NCBI GenBank assembly: GCA_046563655.1
Contig: CM102288.1
Coordinates: 2,232,001 to 2,296,000 of the forward strand
DNA length: 64,000 bases
Reading direction: 5' to 3'
Source of the DNA: Yuukianura sp. NJ FZ-2021
Lineage: Eukaryota
The notes under the pieces were generated by a model. The model searched no databases, had not been told where the DNA came from, and was given only the letters and a program-made list of their open reading frames with translations. Both the position numbers and the translations under genes were made by a program. This document shows, one piece after another, positions 52,324 to 64,000 of the stretch; positions within the stretch are counted from its first letter, which is position 1, and each line of letters begins with the position of its first letter.

Positions 52324-55300
52324 ATGACTTCAGTGACGGCAGAGGGAGTGAGTAATGGGAGTGCGTCAGGGTCTGGTGGCAGTGGAAATCCAAATAAAGG
52401 GAAAGGGGAGTCCCCTGGACAAGGTGCACAAAGTGCCAAAGTGACCCCTGTCAAAGGGAACAGTCGAAGTGGGGCCAAGGGGGCATCAGGACGCCTTGCC
52501 ACAGCGACACAGAAACTGAAACAGGCTTTGGACGATAAGAGAAAAGACGGCGGAGGAACAGCGGAGAGTGACACAGTGACGGCGACAGTGGCTGCTGTTG
52601 CGGCGAGTGGGAAAGTGAAGAGTGGGGCTGGTCATCCGCTGGGAACTTCGAATTTGCCCAATATTTTGGAAGATGAAGTGGTTGAGGAAGTTGTAATTCC
52701 AGTGACAGGAAAGAAAGGACCAATAAGAGGAAGAGCCTGGAGAGATCTCAGTGGAACATACACCAAGTACATTTGTTTCTCAGACGGAGGAGCAGAGTAT
52801 CGTCCAGGAGGTGAGAAAGTTTAGAAAAAATTAACTTCGGTTTTGAAATTTTATGTGCTTTTTAGTTTCATGTTTTTAGAAAACTACGAAGTTTAACGGC
52901 GAACGCTAAAATTTTGTCTTAAGTTCGTGGTTTTATTTATGAAGGAAAAGTTAATTAAACGGTCCAACTCGAAATGGCTTGTTTGGGAGGATGCAGGTTT
53001 TGAATTTGACCTTGACATTGAATTTGACCTGACCTAGGAAAGTGTCAGTCGAGGTCAACGGTCAAGAGTACAATTTTTTGGTTGGTAAAGATTTAATATT
53101 TTTCGAAGAAAGTTGATTTTTTTTTTGGCAATTGTGGAATTTTTTTGCTTATTGCTTGGCTTCAGTAATCTGTTGTGATTTAAATTTTCGGTTTTTAGAA
53201 ATTGCGGAATGATTGAATGCGGAGGTTTTGTTTTTAAATGAAAATGGGAGTGAATGTGGATTTGTGAAAAATGTGGGGATTGTAAACCCTCGTGAGTTTG
53301 TTTCTAGAATTTGGAATTGAAAAAAGATGGAGGGGAGTTGTGTGCTGTTGTATTCTTTTGGCGGAGTGTGGCATTACGCCCGTATCCGGGTAATAAGTTG
53401 GTTCTGGAAGACGGAGGAGGGGGAGGGAGCTCACTCAGTGTTAGTAGGAATAGGAATTCCCATTTCCCCGTGTGTCCTGAGTCGCTTCATCTTAAGATCT
53501 AAAAAGGCTGAAGCTTTAAGCTTTAGTCCTTGTTGTTCCATTTGGAAGGTGACGGGCAAAATGCCTTGTCCGCAAAGTGTAAAGAAGGTGGAAAGAAATT
53601 ACTCAATTTGACACACTGTTACGTTCTGGAAGGACCTCCCTCCTAGACTATTACAAGAGATTCAACTACAAAATGACCAACTAACACTCAATTACAATTG
53701 AAGTTGTAAAAAGGAAGAGTTAAAAAGTAGTTTTTACTTTTGACTAAAAAGTTTGGTTTCTACTTTTGTACTTTTTCCAACTTTTGAAATGTCTAAAATG
53801 AGAAATTTTCAGTTTTTGGTAGAATAGGATTCGATATTTAAGTAGCAGATGGGAATTCGACGATGCATGGCGGTGTTGCATCAGTTTCTATGTTCAAAAT
53901 TTTACTTTTTGTTTTTCTCGGAAAATAAGAAATTTTGAAAATCCTTTTCGGATTTTGGGAAACGAAAGTTGGTTATGCGAACAAATTGGGAAATGGAATC
54001 CATTTGTAATTATGACTAGAGAGAGATATCCATTTCAATAAATAATTGGAACCGCAAGGGAAATGCGGGGCAGCAGAACAGATTTTTTGGCTGATTTCCA
54101 GCGTTTCTTCCTAGCGCAGCATCTTGAAGCAGCTTCGGCAGGGAGATTTTGTGCAGAAAAAAATTTTTCGAAAGAATTCTAAAGAAAACGGATCCGTAAC
54201 GTTCAAAAGCTAGTTTTGGTTTGAACTGTTTTTGTATTTGACTGGAGAAACCAAAAGAAAACCTGAATTTTTTCTATAATTTATAGTTTGAAATGAAAAC
54301 TTGTTTCAGAGTGGCGGCGAAATTCAGAATGTTTTTGATTTTGTAATGATACGGGTGTTAAAAGTCCAAAGAGACAATGTTGTGAAATTGAAAAGGTGTT
54401 TAAAGCTAGTCGTTTTCGTTTTTTCGGTTTTTTGTCGAGGTTGTTGAGCCTGCTTAGAAGTTCTTTATGAGATTCCTATTTTGGTAATTTGTTTGAAAAT
54501 TTTGGTTTGAGCTGGTTGGTTGGTTGTGACAAGAGAAAAGTGAGACTTTTTACTTCCTCGTTTATTTTTAAATCCTGGACTGAAACTGACTGGAGCTTCT
54601 TTTGTGGAAGGGGAAAGTAGGTGGGTTGCCTATTCCTCTGCTTCCTCGGAAAGAGAAAGCTGTGCTGTAGCGTAATAATGTTCTTTTTTGGGAGGAAGTA
54701 AGAGGGGAGAAAGCGGAGTTTATTCCTTTTCGGTGTAATAGACGGAGAATCCAATCATGTCTTTTATGTAACTACATTCTCCAGTCTTCCTTTTTTTCAG
54801 CCAATCCAACCCCATCAACTCTTCATCTCCATCACAACCTTTAAACTAGGAAAAATAACCAGTTAGCCTTAAAAGGGTTTGGTTACGTTAACCTCATGTT
54901 TGATGTAAGCATGATGTAACCTAACTAACCTAAACCTGAATCTATTTTGGTAATAGAAGTCACTCTAGTGTGAGTTATGTATTTCATGCATAGTTTATGT
55001 AATAGTAGCATTTATGTAAGGCCGTACATTTTATATTCATCTATGTAAAGCATATGTTCATGTAAGGTTATGTAATAATGTAACAATTGTGTAATGTTAA
55101 TGTGGATTTTGTTTTATGTAATTTTGATGTAAAATTTGGGCTTTTTATGTAGTTTATGGAGCTGGGTTATGTAAATGTTAGGTTGACCTATTATTAGTTT
55201 TTATTTATTAGTTTATGTTGTTGTAAGAGAGTGCATAAAGTTTGAGAGTTTTAGAACAAAGGATTGGTTTGGTGAAAGGAGGAAGGAAGGAGGCGGTGAA

Positions 55301-58300
55301 ATTATGATGATTGAGATCCAAATTCAATCAAGCAGTCACTTTCCAGGTTTCCAGGGAGAGCATTTTGACTGGAGTGAGGTTGGGTGGAGAAAGTGGAGGA
55401 GGAAAGTCAAGAGTTTGTAGCGTTGTGTGAACTTTCTTTTGTTGTCGTCATTTTGTGATCTGGGGTGTGATTGGGTATGAAATATAAAAAATTGAGGAAG
55501 TTAAGTGATGGTGGTTGAGCACTAGGGTAGTTGCTTCGTAGATAACTGGAAAGGACAGCAGAGCTAGTGACTATAGCGCAGAAAAATCGTCTTTTGTCTG
55601 GATTTTGGAACGTAAAAAAGTGGCAGAAGAGACATCTGCTTTGATTTTTATATTAGATCTCTGCAGTAGTAGTATTTTTTTAGTTCTTTTGCTTTTACTT
55701 ACTTTTGCTATGCTTTTTACAAAACTAGGCTAGCAGAAAATGCGAATGCTACGATGTCAATTGTCACATGGTTTTTAAACACGCGAATTTTGACTTGCGT
55801 TTTTTGTGTGGAAAAGTTCGATTTTTTGGAAATCTGTCATGCTAAACTTCTTTGCCGTTTGTTGTATTTTTGGTCAGTTTTAGAAGCATATTTCTGTTGT
55901 TAAAAGATCCTATGCTCTCTAGTTTTTGGTTGTTTAAAAATTTGTCTTGTACGACACGACTGTGATTTGAAAGTTTGATATGTTACTACATTTCTTGTGT
56001 TTTCAAAAAGGAATACACATTTTTGCAATTTGTATAGAGTTAGCGGACTACGGTTTGTTTTATTCAATGACTTTTGCAGTCTTACACTTGTTTCGTTCTT
56101 TTTTTGAGACTGATGTTAGGAAGGTGTGAAACTTTGTTATAATTGCAGGAATTTTTTGCGTGTTTGGATTATAACGTAGGTAATTTTTGTTTGTGTATTG
56201 TTTGAAGCCAACTTTTTATTATGATTTAGCGTAAGAATGAAGAGATGAAAATGTGGAAAATGTGTTTTCTGTTTTGGTTTTGATTGGTTGAGCAGATGCT
56301 GATCTCTTGTGTTGGTTAACAATAGAAAACAGACTGTGGAATCCAATATGTTTTGTGTAAGGTACAAACAATTGTTAGAGCTGTGCCTTTTATAAAGGGA
56401 ATGGAGAGTAGTCTCTCTTTTCTGTATAACTAATTAATTGAAGGTTGAATTAAGTGCTATTTGTACTTTCTGTTTTTGTAATATTAATATTTCCACTTGC
56501 TCTTGTGCAATCTCTTGTTTTAGCCTTGTGGTGTGATGGGTTGGTGGATCCTATTGTTTAAAAAGAGAAGCTAAACTGACTATGTGTTTTGTTTTGCTGC
56601 ATCTCTAGTCTCAACTTTTAAATAAGTTCATCTGTTAATCTAAAATTGTGTTTAAGGCGTGACACGTTTGGTTCATTTTCATTTTTTAACAGTGCTAAAA
56701 ACGGATGGGATTGACGTTTTCTTCATGGAAAGCAAATAGAAGTTGCTTTACGTGTTGTTTTGAAAGTGACGAAAAGGGAACTGAAAGTTTGAGTTGGAGT
56801 GGAAATTGTTATTTGGCTATGCATTTTTTATTGATCGCTTTCAATTCCAAAGTGGCTGGAAATGGGAGATCAGAGGGGAAGTGGAGCTGAAGGTGTGTCT
56901 GGGTGAGGCGGATAAGGGAAAAACGCAAAGCCTCCGTCTGTCGACGCTTTTCAAATTTCAAGGTTTCGGTTTTTGTACTTTTTCAATTTTTGAAAAGCTA
57001 CAACTGATTTTTGAGGGTAAATTTTGGAAAATGGGGATACGGAATTATAGAGTAGGAAAATACAAAAATGTGAAGAAAGGAAAGAATTTTAAAGAATTCT
57101 GTTACGAAAGTGAACATTTTTTGACATGATTTTGATGAGATATTTTTGTTTTTGTGTTTTCAGATTCGGTTTACATTGAGAGTCAACGGGCGGACTTACC
57201 TTTCTTCATCTGCACAATCCAGGAATTTAAGAGGGTAAGACAAAAGATAAAGTAAAAGTTAGGTTTAGGTTAAGTTAGTGTAATGGATGTGAAGTTGATG
57301 TGTTGGAAGTGCAGAAGAGGAAGTTTGTTGTGTAAATAGAGTTGATTTGAGGGAGGAATTGTTATATTTTGGAAGTGTTAGTTCCTTTGAAGAGTGTATG
57401 TTTTCAAAAGATACAGAAAACAATGGGAAAAAGTAGAGATGAGAGGTCACGCCCTTCATTTCCATCTGCTTTTGGAAAGTAAGGTTAAGTTGTGATTTTA
57501 TGAAGAGCATTTGAAACTTTGTATAGTTACTTAAAAGTAGGTGTGAAGATGACAAAAAGAAGGTTTTTGAGCATTGTTAACAGGGACTGACAATAAGTGA
57601 TCTGGTGACCTCCGTGACCTCGGTGACCTGGCAGGTCACGGGTTCAATACTGCTATTCTTTTTAAATTCCATTTTTGGTGATTTTCCTTGTCGAACTGAA
57701 ATTTTTTAAACTGATGCTTCGGTTTTTTTTCTTAAATCTTAAAGTTAACTGTGGGTTCTTGAATCTTGATTCTTCATCTTTTAATTTTTGCCGGATTTAA
57801 AAAAAAATCTGTAATTTGATCAAAATTTGTTACTTTTTTTTCAATTTGGCGATGACGATGAGAGAACGAACGTAGTTGGTGGTAATTTGCAGTAACTAAC
57901 TTGTTTCCTTCCTCTGTCTTAAGTTTGCATGCGTAAGAAGAAACTGTGTTTGTATCGAAGCGTATCTTTTTGTTCTTACTTTTGAAGTTCAATTACTAAA
58001 CTACTATACGTTATGTACTATTCGACTAGTAAGCAACAGAGACTACTTGTGGTAAAGTTAGAACAAGTAGAAGCACCAAAGAGCCGCATGAGAAGCTTAA
58101 ATTGGTTGGAAAAGTTCCTTGTGTCGTTTTTTTTCTTCTGCGTCCTCCTAAGTGGATATTTTTTTAGCTTCTGTAGAGTACTTTTTAACACGAACTCTCT
58201 TTAGCTTACAGTGCGGAAGACGCACACAAGAAAAGTTGAAACTGAAAAAAAGTTTTCCCGTTGGTGCTCACCTGAGCTTGTAAAAAAAAGAACTTAACTT

Positions 58301-61300
58301 TTCAATGCTAAATTAGGTTCGTTTTGACCTAAAGTTTTAAAGATGTGGACAATAGGGCTTTAAAAGTGGCGGAGAGTGCTGAAAATCGCTTTGGTGCGAA
58401 AATTACTTTCCAAAAAGCAGTTTTGAAAACAAAAAACAAGAAAAATGGTGTGCTAAAAAGATTTTTTCCTCGGTGGTGTGCGTAATTTGTGGATGGAAAC
58501 ACACGGTTTTTATGAGGTGTGAACCGGAAGAGGGAAGTTACAAAAATTTGCAATTTTCGGCACATGAAATGCATGGAACGAAGTTTTTGACTTTTCTAAC
58601 GGAACTTTTGGAGAGAAAAAGTTCATTCTTCAAGTTGAGAATTGGTGATTGAAAATGTCCATTTTTATAAATGTTTTATTGTTATTTTTGTCTATTGTTT
58701 GGAAACAGTTTGAGAGTATCAAACAACTTTAGGACGAAGAGAGTTGAGAGTTTAGCTGTAGGCTATTTGGAAAACAATGGAAAAGTAGGAAGATGCGGAT
58801 TTGTACTTTTTTGAAAAAAGCCTTGAGGCGGGAGTGACTGTTAGGAAGAATGACTTTTAAAAGATACAAGTTTTTTGAAAGAATAGGACGAGGACGATTT
58901 TGTTATGTTTGTAAATCTGTGTCTCTTTAAAGTTGTTTCTGAGATGGAGATGTTGACATGGATTGTCCTTGTCATCTTTTGTGAGGACTGTGCTCAACAT
59001 CAAACATGAAGATCATCACTGGTTTTCAAAATATGGAATAACGTTGCAATTTTGAAAAAAAAAGAGAAGAGAAAAGCTGAGGAGAAAGTCTGTTTGCTTG
59101 GATTAGGCTACCCGCTTTTCACTTTTTATTTAAATCAGGGCAAGATCCTGCCGCGGAAGAGAAAGTTTTTTGGGAGAAAGTTGTATTTTTTGGATTTAGT
59201 TTAAAAACTAGGGAAGACTTTATTTTTGGTAGGCTACTGGCTCATATGAATTGTTGAATAAACTAAAACGATTGCGAATGTCTAAACAGAATTGGTAATT
59301 TTGGAGAGTTTTTTTTTTGAGGTTGAAGTTGAACTCCTCAGTGAGAGTTTAGTCTGTTCAGTCCCCAGAGTTTTTTGGGAGGGAAAGTTTGCAGAATTTA
59401 AGTTTTTCAAAGTGAAAGCTCATTTGAACAGGGCTGCGCTGCTGATTCTGGTGGTGGTGAAGGTGGTGCCGCAAGGAATAAAACATGAGGCAAAGTTAAA
59501 GAGTCTGGATGCTCAAATTATGCTTTGACGTTTGACCTTAATGAGCTGGAACTCTCACCTTTCACCTCTTCTGGAACTAATTACTACACAAAAACTTCAA
59601 ATGAAATGACTAGAAGGCTTTTTTGAAAAACTTTTTGGAAAGTGAAAAGTGATGATGGCTTTTTGGAAAAGATTGATTGATTTGTTTGAAAATGAACAAA
59701 AAGGGCTGAAGTTTTGACCTTATGATGAAGTGTTTATTTTGAAATTTAAAGTGAAGGAGAAGGAGAATGTGGAAATGCTTGAAGTTCTAAGTATGGTTGT
59801 GGTTAATTGTTTAATTGTTAGTTTAAAGAATTACGTTGTTGAATTAAGGTAATTGAGAAGGTAAATGGAGGTGGAGAATTGATTGATGAGTAGAGAAATG
59901 AAGATTTTGAGAAAGGGGAATGACGGGGTAATGACAGGGTTTTGCTCATTTGCTTTTCATTGGAAATTTTACTTTTCTTTTTGATTTGATGTTTCAAAAT
60001 GGAGCCGTTTTATGGTTTGTTTTGTAGGTTTTTCAAAAAAGTGTAAAGCAATTAAACACCGTTTAATAAGAAACGTTCTGGAACGCGTGCGAAAGTACCA
60101 GCACTAAATAAGGTTTGAAAAGGTGGTGCTTTGGGTTTTGCCGAAACTGGAAGTGAAAGTTGTTCGTGACTTTTAATTTTACGGGAAACTGTTGTGTGTC
60201 AAATCCAGTAGTTGATATGGTCTTTTGAAGTTTTTTCATGGTAACTAGGTTGTTGGATGTGAGAAGTTAGGCAAGGTGTGGAAGTTACGTTATGTTACGG
60301 CTAACTTTGTGTTTGAAAGTGAAAGGCGGGGCGGAGAGATTGGTCTTAACTGGTGCTGAATGTGGAGCTCACTTTCACTTTGACGGTGGTAACAAGTGAA
60401 AGTGGGAAGATAAGGAGATAACATCTCAAAGAAGTTTGTGTAGGAAGAGCTATTACTGCTGGTGAAGTTGTTACTTTTTTAGACTTTTTTGAAAAAAGAA
60501 AGTTATCAAAAAAATTTGTGGTGGACTATTGTTCAATCTCTTTTTAAGTGATTTTTTAGACATTGTTTTAGGTTATGTTGTGCAGCGTAACTTATGCTGG
60601 TGAGAAAAATGGAAAGATGTGTCATTGGACTACTAATTGCATTAGGCATTAAGAGTCTACAGGGCCAAATAAGATTTTGTCTGTAGTCTATCAATCTGGT
60701 CCATGAGTAACATGAAGATGATCTTCATCAGCTTCCTTCTGCTGTTTGTTGGTTGGATCAGGCTCAAAATGAACTTAAGGCGAAGAGTAGTTTGGGAAAC
60801 TTTGTTTTTTAAGATCTTTTGGGAGGAAGTTGTTGCGGATGGGAATAAGAGATGTGATGCGCTAAAAGGAGATGCTTGATGCTGGCTGTGCTTTGAGTCT
60901 GGTGGTGTCTTTTCTTGTGTGGCGGCCAAGCTGTGTTATTAGACTTGAAGAGTGGGGATTTGGGAATTGGGAGGTGTGAAATCCGAAGTGGGGACTCTTT
61001 TATAGTTGGGGCAACCAAAATAGACCCAAGTTTTTCTAGAGGATACTCGCACTCACACCTCTGTAAAGCTTGTGGCAGTCTCTTCTTAGGTGGGAGGTTC
61101 ATTTTGGAGTTGAGTGGAGAAGCGGGTGCCAGTTGGAGAAGGGCGTGAGTGCGAGTATCCTCTAGAAAAACTTGGGTCTATTTTGGTTGCCCCAACTATA
61201 GTTTTACTAGGTTTTGCGGAAAAGTTTTAAGAACGGATGCTACCACCTAGGTTGAAAATAGAGAAGTGTGGTTTTGAAAGAGGGCCGGCCACAGTTACGT

Positions 61301-63309
61301 CTCGACGTGCTTGCCAATTTGAAATTTTAAGTAATTAAAGCTAAAGAAATGACTAAGTAGGTTGGTTGTTTTGCTAAAGTTTCAAGTTAAAATATGAGTC
61401 ACTAAAACACCACTTAAAATTTATTTAAAACTGTTTGGCTTAACAGAGCGATTAAGGACAATGACAGGTAGACGTGATGGGTTTGTTTTGCACAATAACT
61501 ACTAACAGATTTATTGCAAAGAATTTCAAGACTTTTATAATTACATATTAGAATATTAGATACTACAGTATTCTTTTAACAAAATTATGGATTTAATTAC
61601 TATTGCCGCATTAATTAAGAGAAAATCAGAGCTACGATGTTTGGATAGAAAATTTACCGGAATATGTTATGTTCAGACATTTTTTAAATATAATGTTGCG
61701 ATTTGCGAATGACTGATGTAACATGAATATTGTTGAATTAGTTTTGTAAAGTAAAGATGGAATTGGTACAAGTCATTTCAACAAGTTAGTGGTTTTGCGT
61801 AGTTGGAGCGTAGTCGGTATGGATCGGGTTTATGAGAGAGGGGCTCGGTCTTATTGCTTTTTCTCACTGGAGTGGAATCTGGCAACGGAGGGAGAGGAAA
61901 ATGGCTGGCAGTGGAAAATCAGTGGAACTGAACATCAACCTCTTGTGGTTATCAGGCTATGCTGCTGTGAAGTGCTAGTGAAATTCACAACTTAACATAT
62001 CAAGGGTATTACGAATCTAGTGACAGTTAAAATTGTGAAGTAACAGTAAAGGTTGCAATTTTGTGATCATCACTGAAGAACGAGAGGGAACTGTCGGTCG
62101 CCCACTAGGTAATTGATTAATTGAAGGCTCATCTATTATTCACACCTCGACAGAGCCTTCCTGCTCCCCTTCTTGTGGGATTGTCTTGAGTTTTTGAAGG
62201 AGAGGGGAGCGGAGGTTGCCAATATAACTTCGGTATAGTATCACTGCTATGTATACACATTTTTTACATAAGGTTAGGTTGAATCTCTCTTGAATCGAGA
62301 ATTCGAAAAGATTAGGGATGTGTTTATTACACTGCGGGTGTTAATGTTTACATTTGTGTTCTCGCCACTTCAAAGTCGTAGTCTCTGATTCCCGTGTCAG
62401 TTCAACTTCTAAAGAAGAAAAAACTGTTCAGGTTGTGTACTAAACAAAACAAAGTCGAAGTGTGTATTTAAATCTCAGGTTATTTTGATCTTTGTCACTC
62501 TTTTTCTTAGTTACTAGTTGAGTTTGATTGTGGTTCGGAGTGAGCAGTAAACTTGGTGAAAGATGTTTTTTTCTCATTTATAAATTGTGAGAGCAAAAGT
62601 CAAAGCTCAAATACGCAAATGACAGAAATTATTAATTGACGTTTGCTGATGCTATGTTGGGAGAATTTTGGACGGTAGTCAAAAAGTTCACAGTCGGTTG
62701 TACTTGTTATGTTTTTGGCTAGAGAAGAGTGATTGTTCATGTTCACTGATTTGTTTAACGTTTTGGCTTTCCACTTTTTAATGATTCATATGGTGGGAAT
62801 AATGTTATGCAATAATTTGGTTTTGAGAAATGAAGTTTAAAACTAAAGTACTCTGTGAATTTGCAAACAAGTAAACCTGATTTGTATGGTTTAAAATGGA
62901 GATGAATGAATAAATTGGCAAGATAGGATCAAATCAGGGAAGGGAGACCAGATTGAACCAACTTAAATTTACTGCTAAAACTTGATCATTACTACGTAGG
63001 AGTTCATACACTTGTTTGTCGTGGTCTAGACTTTAATTCTTTCATTAATTGAGTAGAAGAGACCACAGGAAACGGAGTACAAAAGATTAATGGGTGTTTA
63101 GGTCAAATTACTGCGAATCAGAAAAAATATCCCCGAGTTCTAAAACGCCTTTTTTTTCTCATTTCAGAGTAAGCGTGATACGTTGATGGTCCACATCAAG
63201 TGGTTCTATCGTCCATGTGAAGTTCCAGAAACAGTTTACCAATTACTTGTTCAAGACAGGACAGCTCTCGATTCTCAGGAAAACAAAAACGTTCTCGACG
63301 TTGGAAATG
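52324..63309 (+). CDS. RERE: RERE/Atrophin corepressor, 5' partial: N-terminus and start of the BAH domain; continues beyond the window
   Basis: Exons 52324-52810 (phase 1), 57164-57234 (phase 0) and 63168-63309 join in frame: ...[69 protein letters not shown]. This matches the vertebrate RERE BAH sequence YRPGDCVYIES...YFICSIQDFK...[31 protein letters not shown] as recalled. Confidence 0.9.
54764..55174 (+). repeat. Co-oriented cluster of TTATGTAA / NNATGTAA motifs
   Basis: Exact TTATGTAA at 54764, 54995, 55012, 55068, 55114 and 55167, plus variants at 54901, 54912, 55041, 55058, 55076, 55087 and 55125. Confidence 0.8.
61001..61200. mobile_element. 200-bp MITE-like element with perfect 56-bp terminal inverted repeats
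   Basis: 61001-61056 is the exact reverse complement of 61145-61200. Both ends finish in TA, compatible with a Tc1/mariner-type TA target duplication. Confidence 0.75.
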
Positions 63310-63368
63310 GTGAGATGATTATCTCAATTAGTAATCGAAAGAGGAGGGAAAGTGTTTAGTTTTTAGTA

Positions 63369-64000
63369 CAGAGGGTGGGGCAGCTTTATTTGGACAACTT
63401 TGAAGTCTGATTGCTATTGTTCTGTAATTTCTACAGTCTTAAAATTTTAACCACTTATTTATTATGTTGTTGAGAATATGTGGCGCGAATTTCATACAAA
63501 TCGGCAGAAAAATGCCAAAGATATTGAGTTTCGAAATTAACACTATCAAAAAAAAGTTTCCAGTGAAGGTTTAAGGCTCAAAGTAGTTCAAAAAAGGCTC
63601 AGGGTCAAAGGTCACAGTGTCAACGCGTCTCAAATCGTTAATATAGCTAATTGAAATGGTAAAATTCGAAAAACTGGCAAAAACACGTGTGTCATTCGTC
63701 ACAAACCCCAATTTTGCCAAAAAAAAGCAAGAGTCCTCAGACCTGGATTTCACAGAGAAAAAAAGTTTTGAGAAAAAGTTTGAGCAATGTGCGGGAAGGG
63801 CGTATTACCCCTCATCAAAGTCCCCCCAAAGGTCAAGGTCAACGCTGAACTCTACATTGAGCACGTTCTGAAGCCTTTGGTGGAAGTGTACGTGCCTGAA
63901 AATTACGGAAACGAGGTCAACAAGGTCATTGTTCACCATGATAAAGCTTCATCACACACATCAAGGAAAGGTCAAGGCTATGCAGCTGACCTCAAGGTCA
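63369..64000 (+). mobile_element. Decayed Tc1/mariner-superfamily DNA transposon, truncated by the window end
   Basis: From 63784: AMCGKGVLPLIKVPPKVKVNAELYIEHVLKPLVEVYVPENYGNEVNKVIVHHDKASSHTS, matching the transposase pattern V-N-x-x-x-Y...L-x-P...(Q/H)D-x-A-x-x-H. This frame is preceded by TGA at 63781 and the upstream part lies in another frame. Candidate left end TA|CAGAGGGTG at 63367-63377. Confidence 0.8.

Noticed and set aside
1..64000. tRNA/rRNA genes, U12 or other non-canonical introns, selenocysteine or readthrough signals
   Set aside because: None recognised by eye; all introns I traced are GT-AG and the CDSs close normally. A covariance-model search was not possible.

Overview
Eukaryotic genomic DNA from a compact arthropod-like genome (GT-AG introns mostly 60-100 nt; a springtail or other hexapod is plausible, but the species cannot be fixed from sequence). 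The first ~33 kb holds 11 spliced genes: a small signal-peptide/FN3/GPI-type protein, an orphan secreted Cys-containing protein, iRhom, FoxJ1-like, CIR1, ZER1/zyg-11-like, an orphan coiled-coil gene, an SLC22 transporter, UBE4B/Ufd2, PPP1R7/sds22 and NDUFA10. The remaining ~30 kb is the 5' part of one large + strand gene, a BAH-domain RERE/Atrophin (three coding exons, two absent from the ORF track). Its introns hold two long inverted repeats, motif clusters and a decayed Tc1/mariner element. The most striking unexplained structure is a dense, strand-specific battery of conserved microRNA seed matches (miR-184 x4, miR-279 x2, an extended miR-92 site) in the putative FoxJ1-like 3' UTR. Gene models were assembled by eye and family calls rest on recognised motifs, not database searches.
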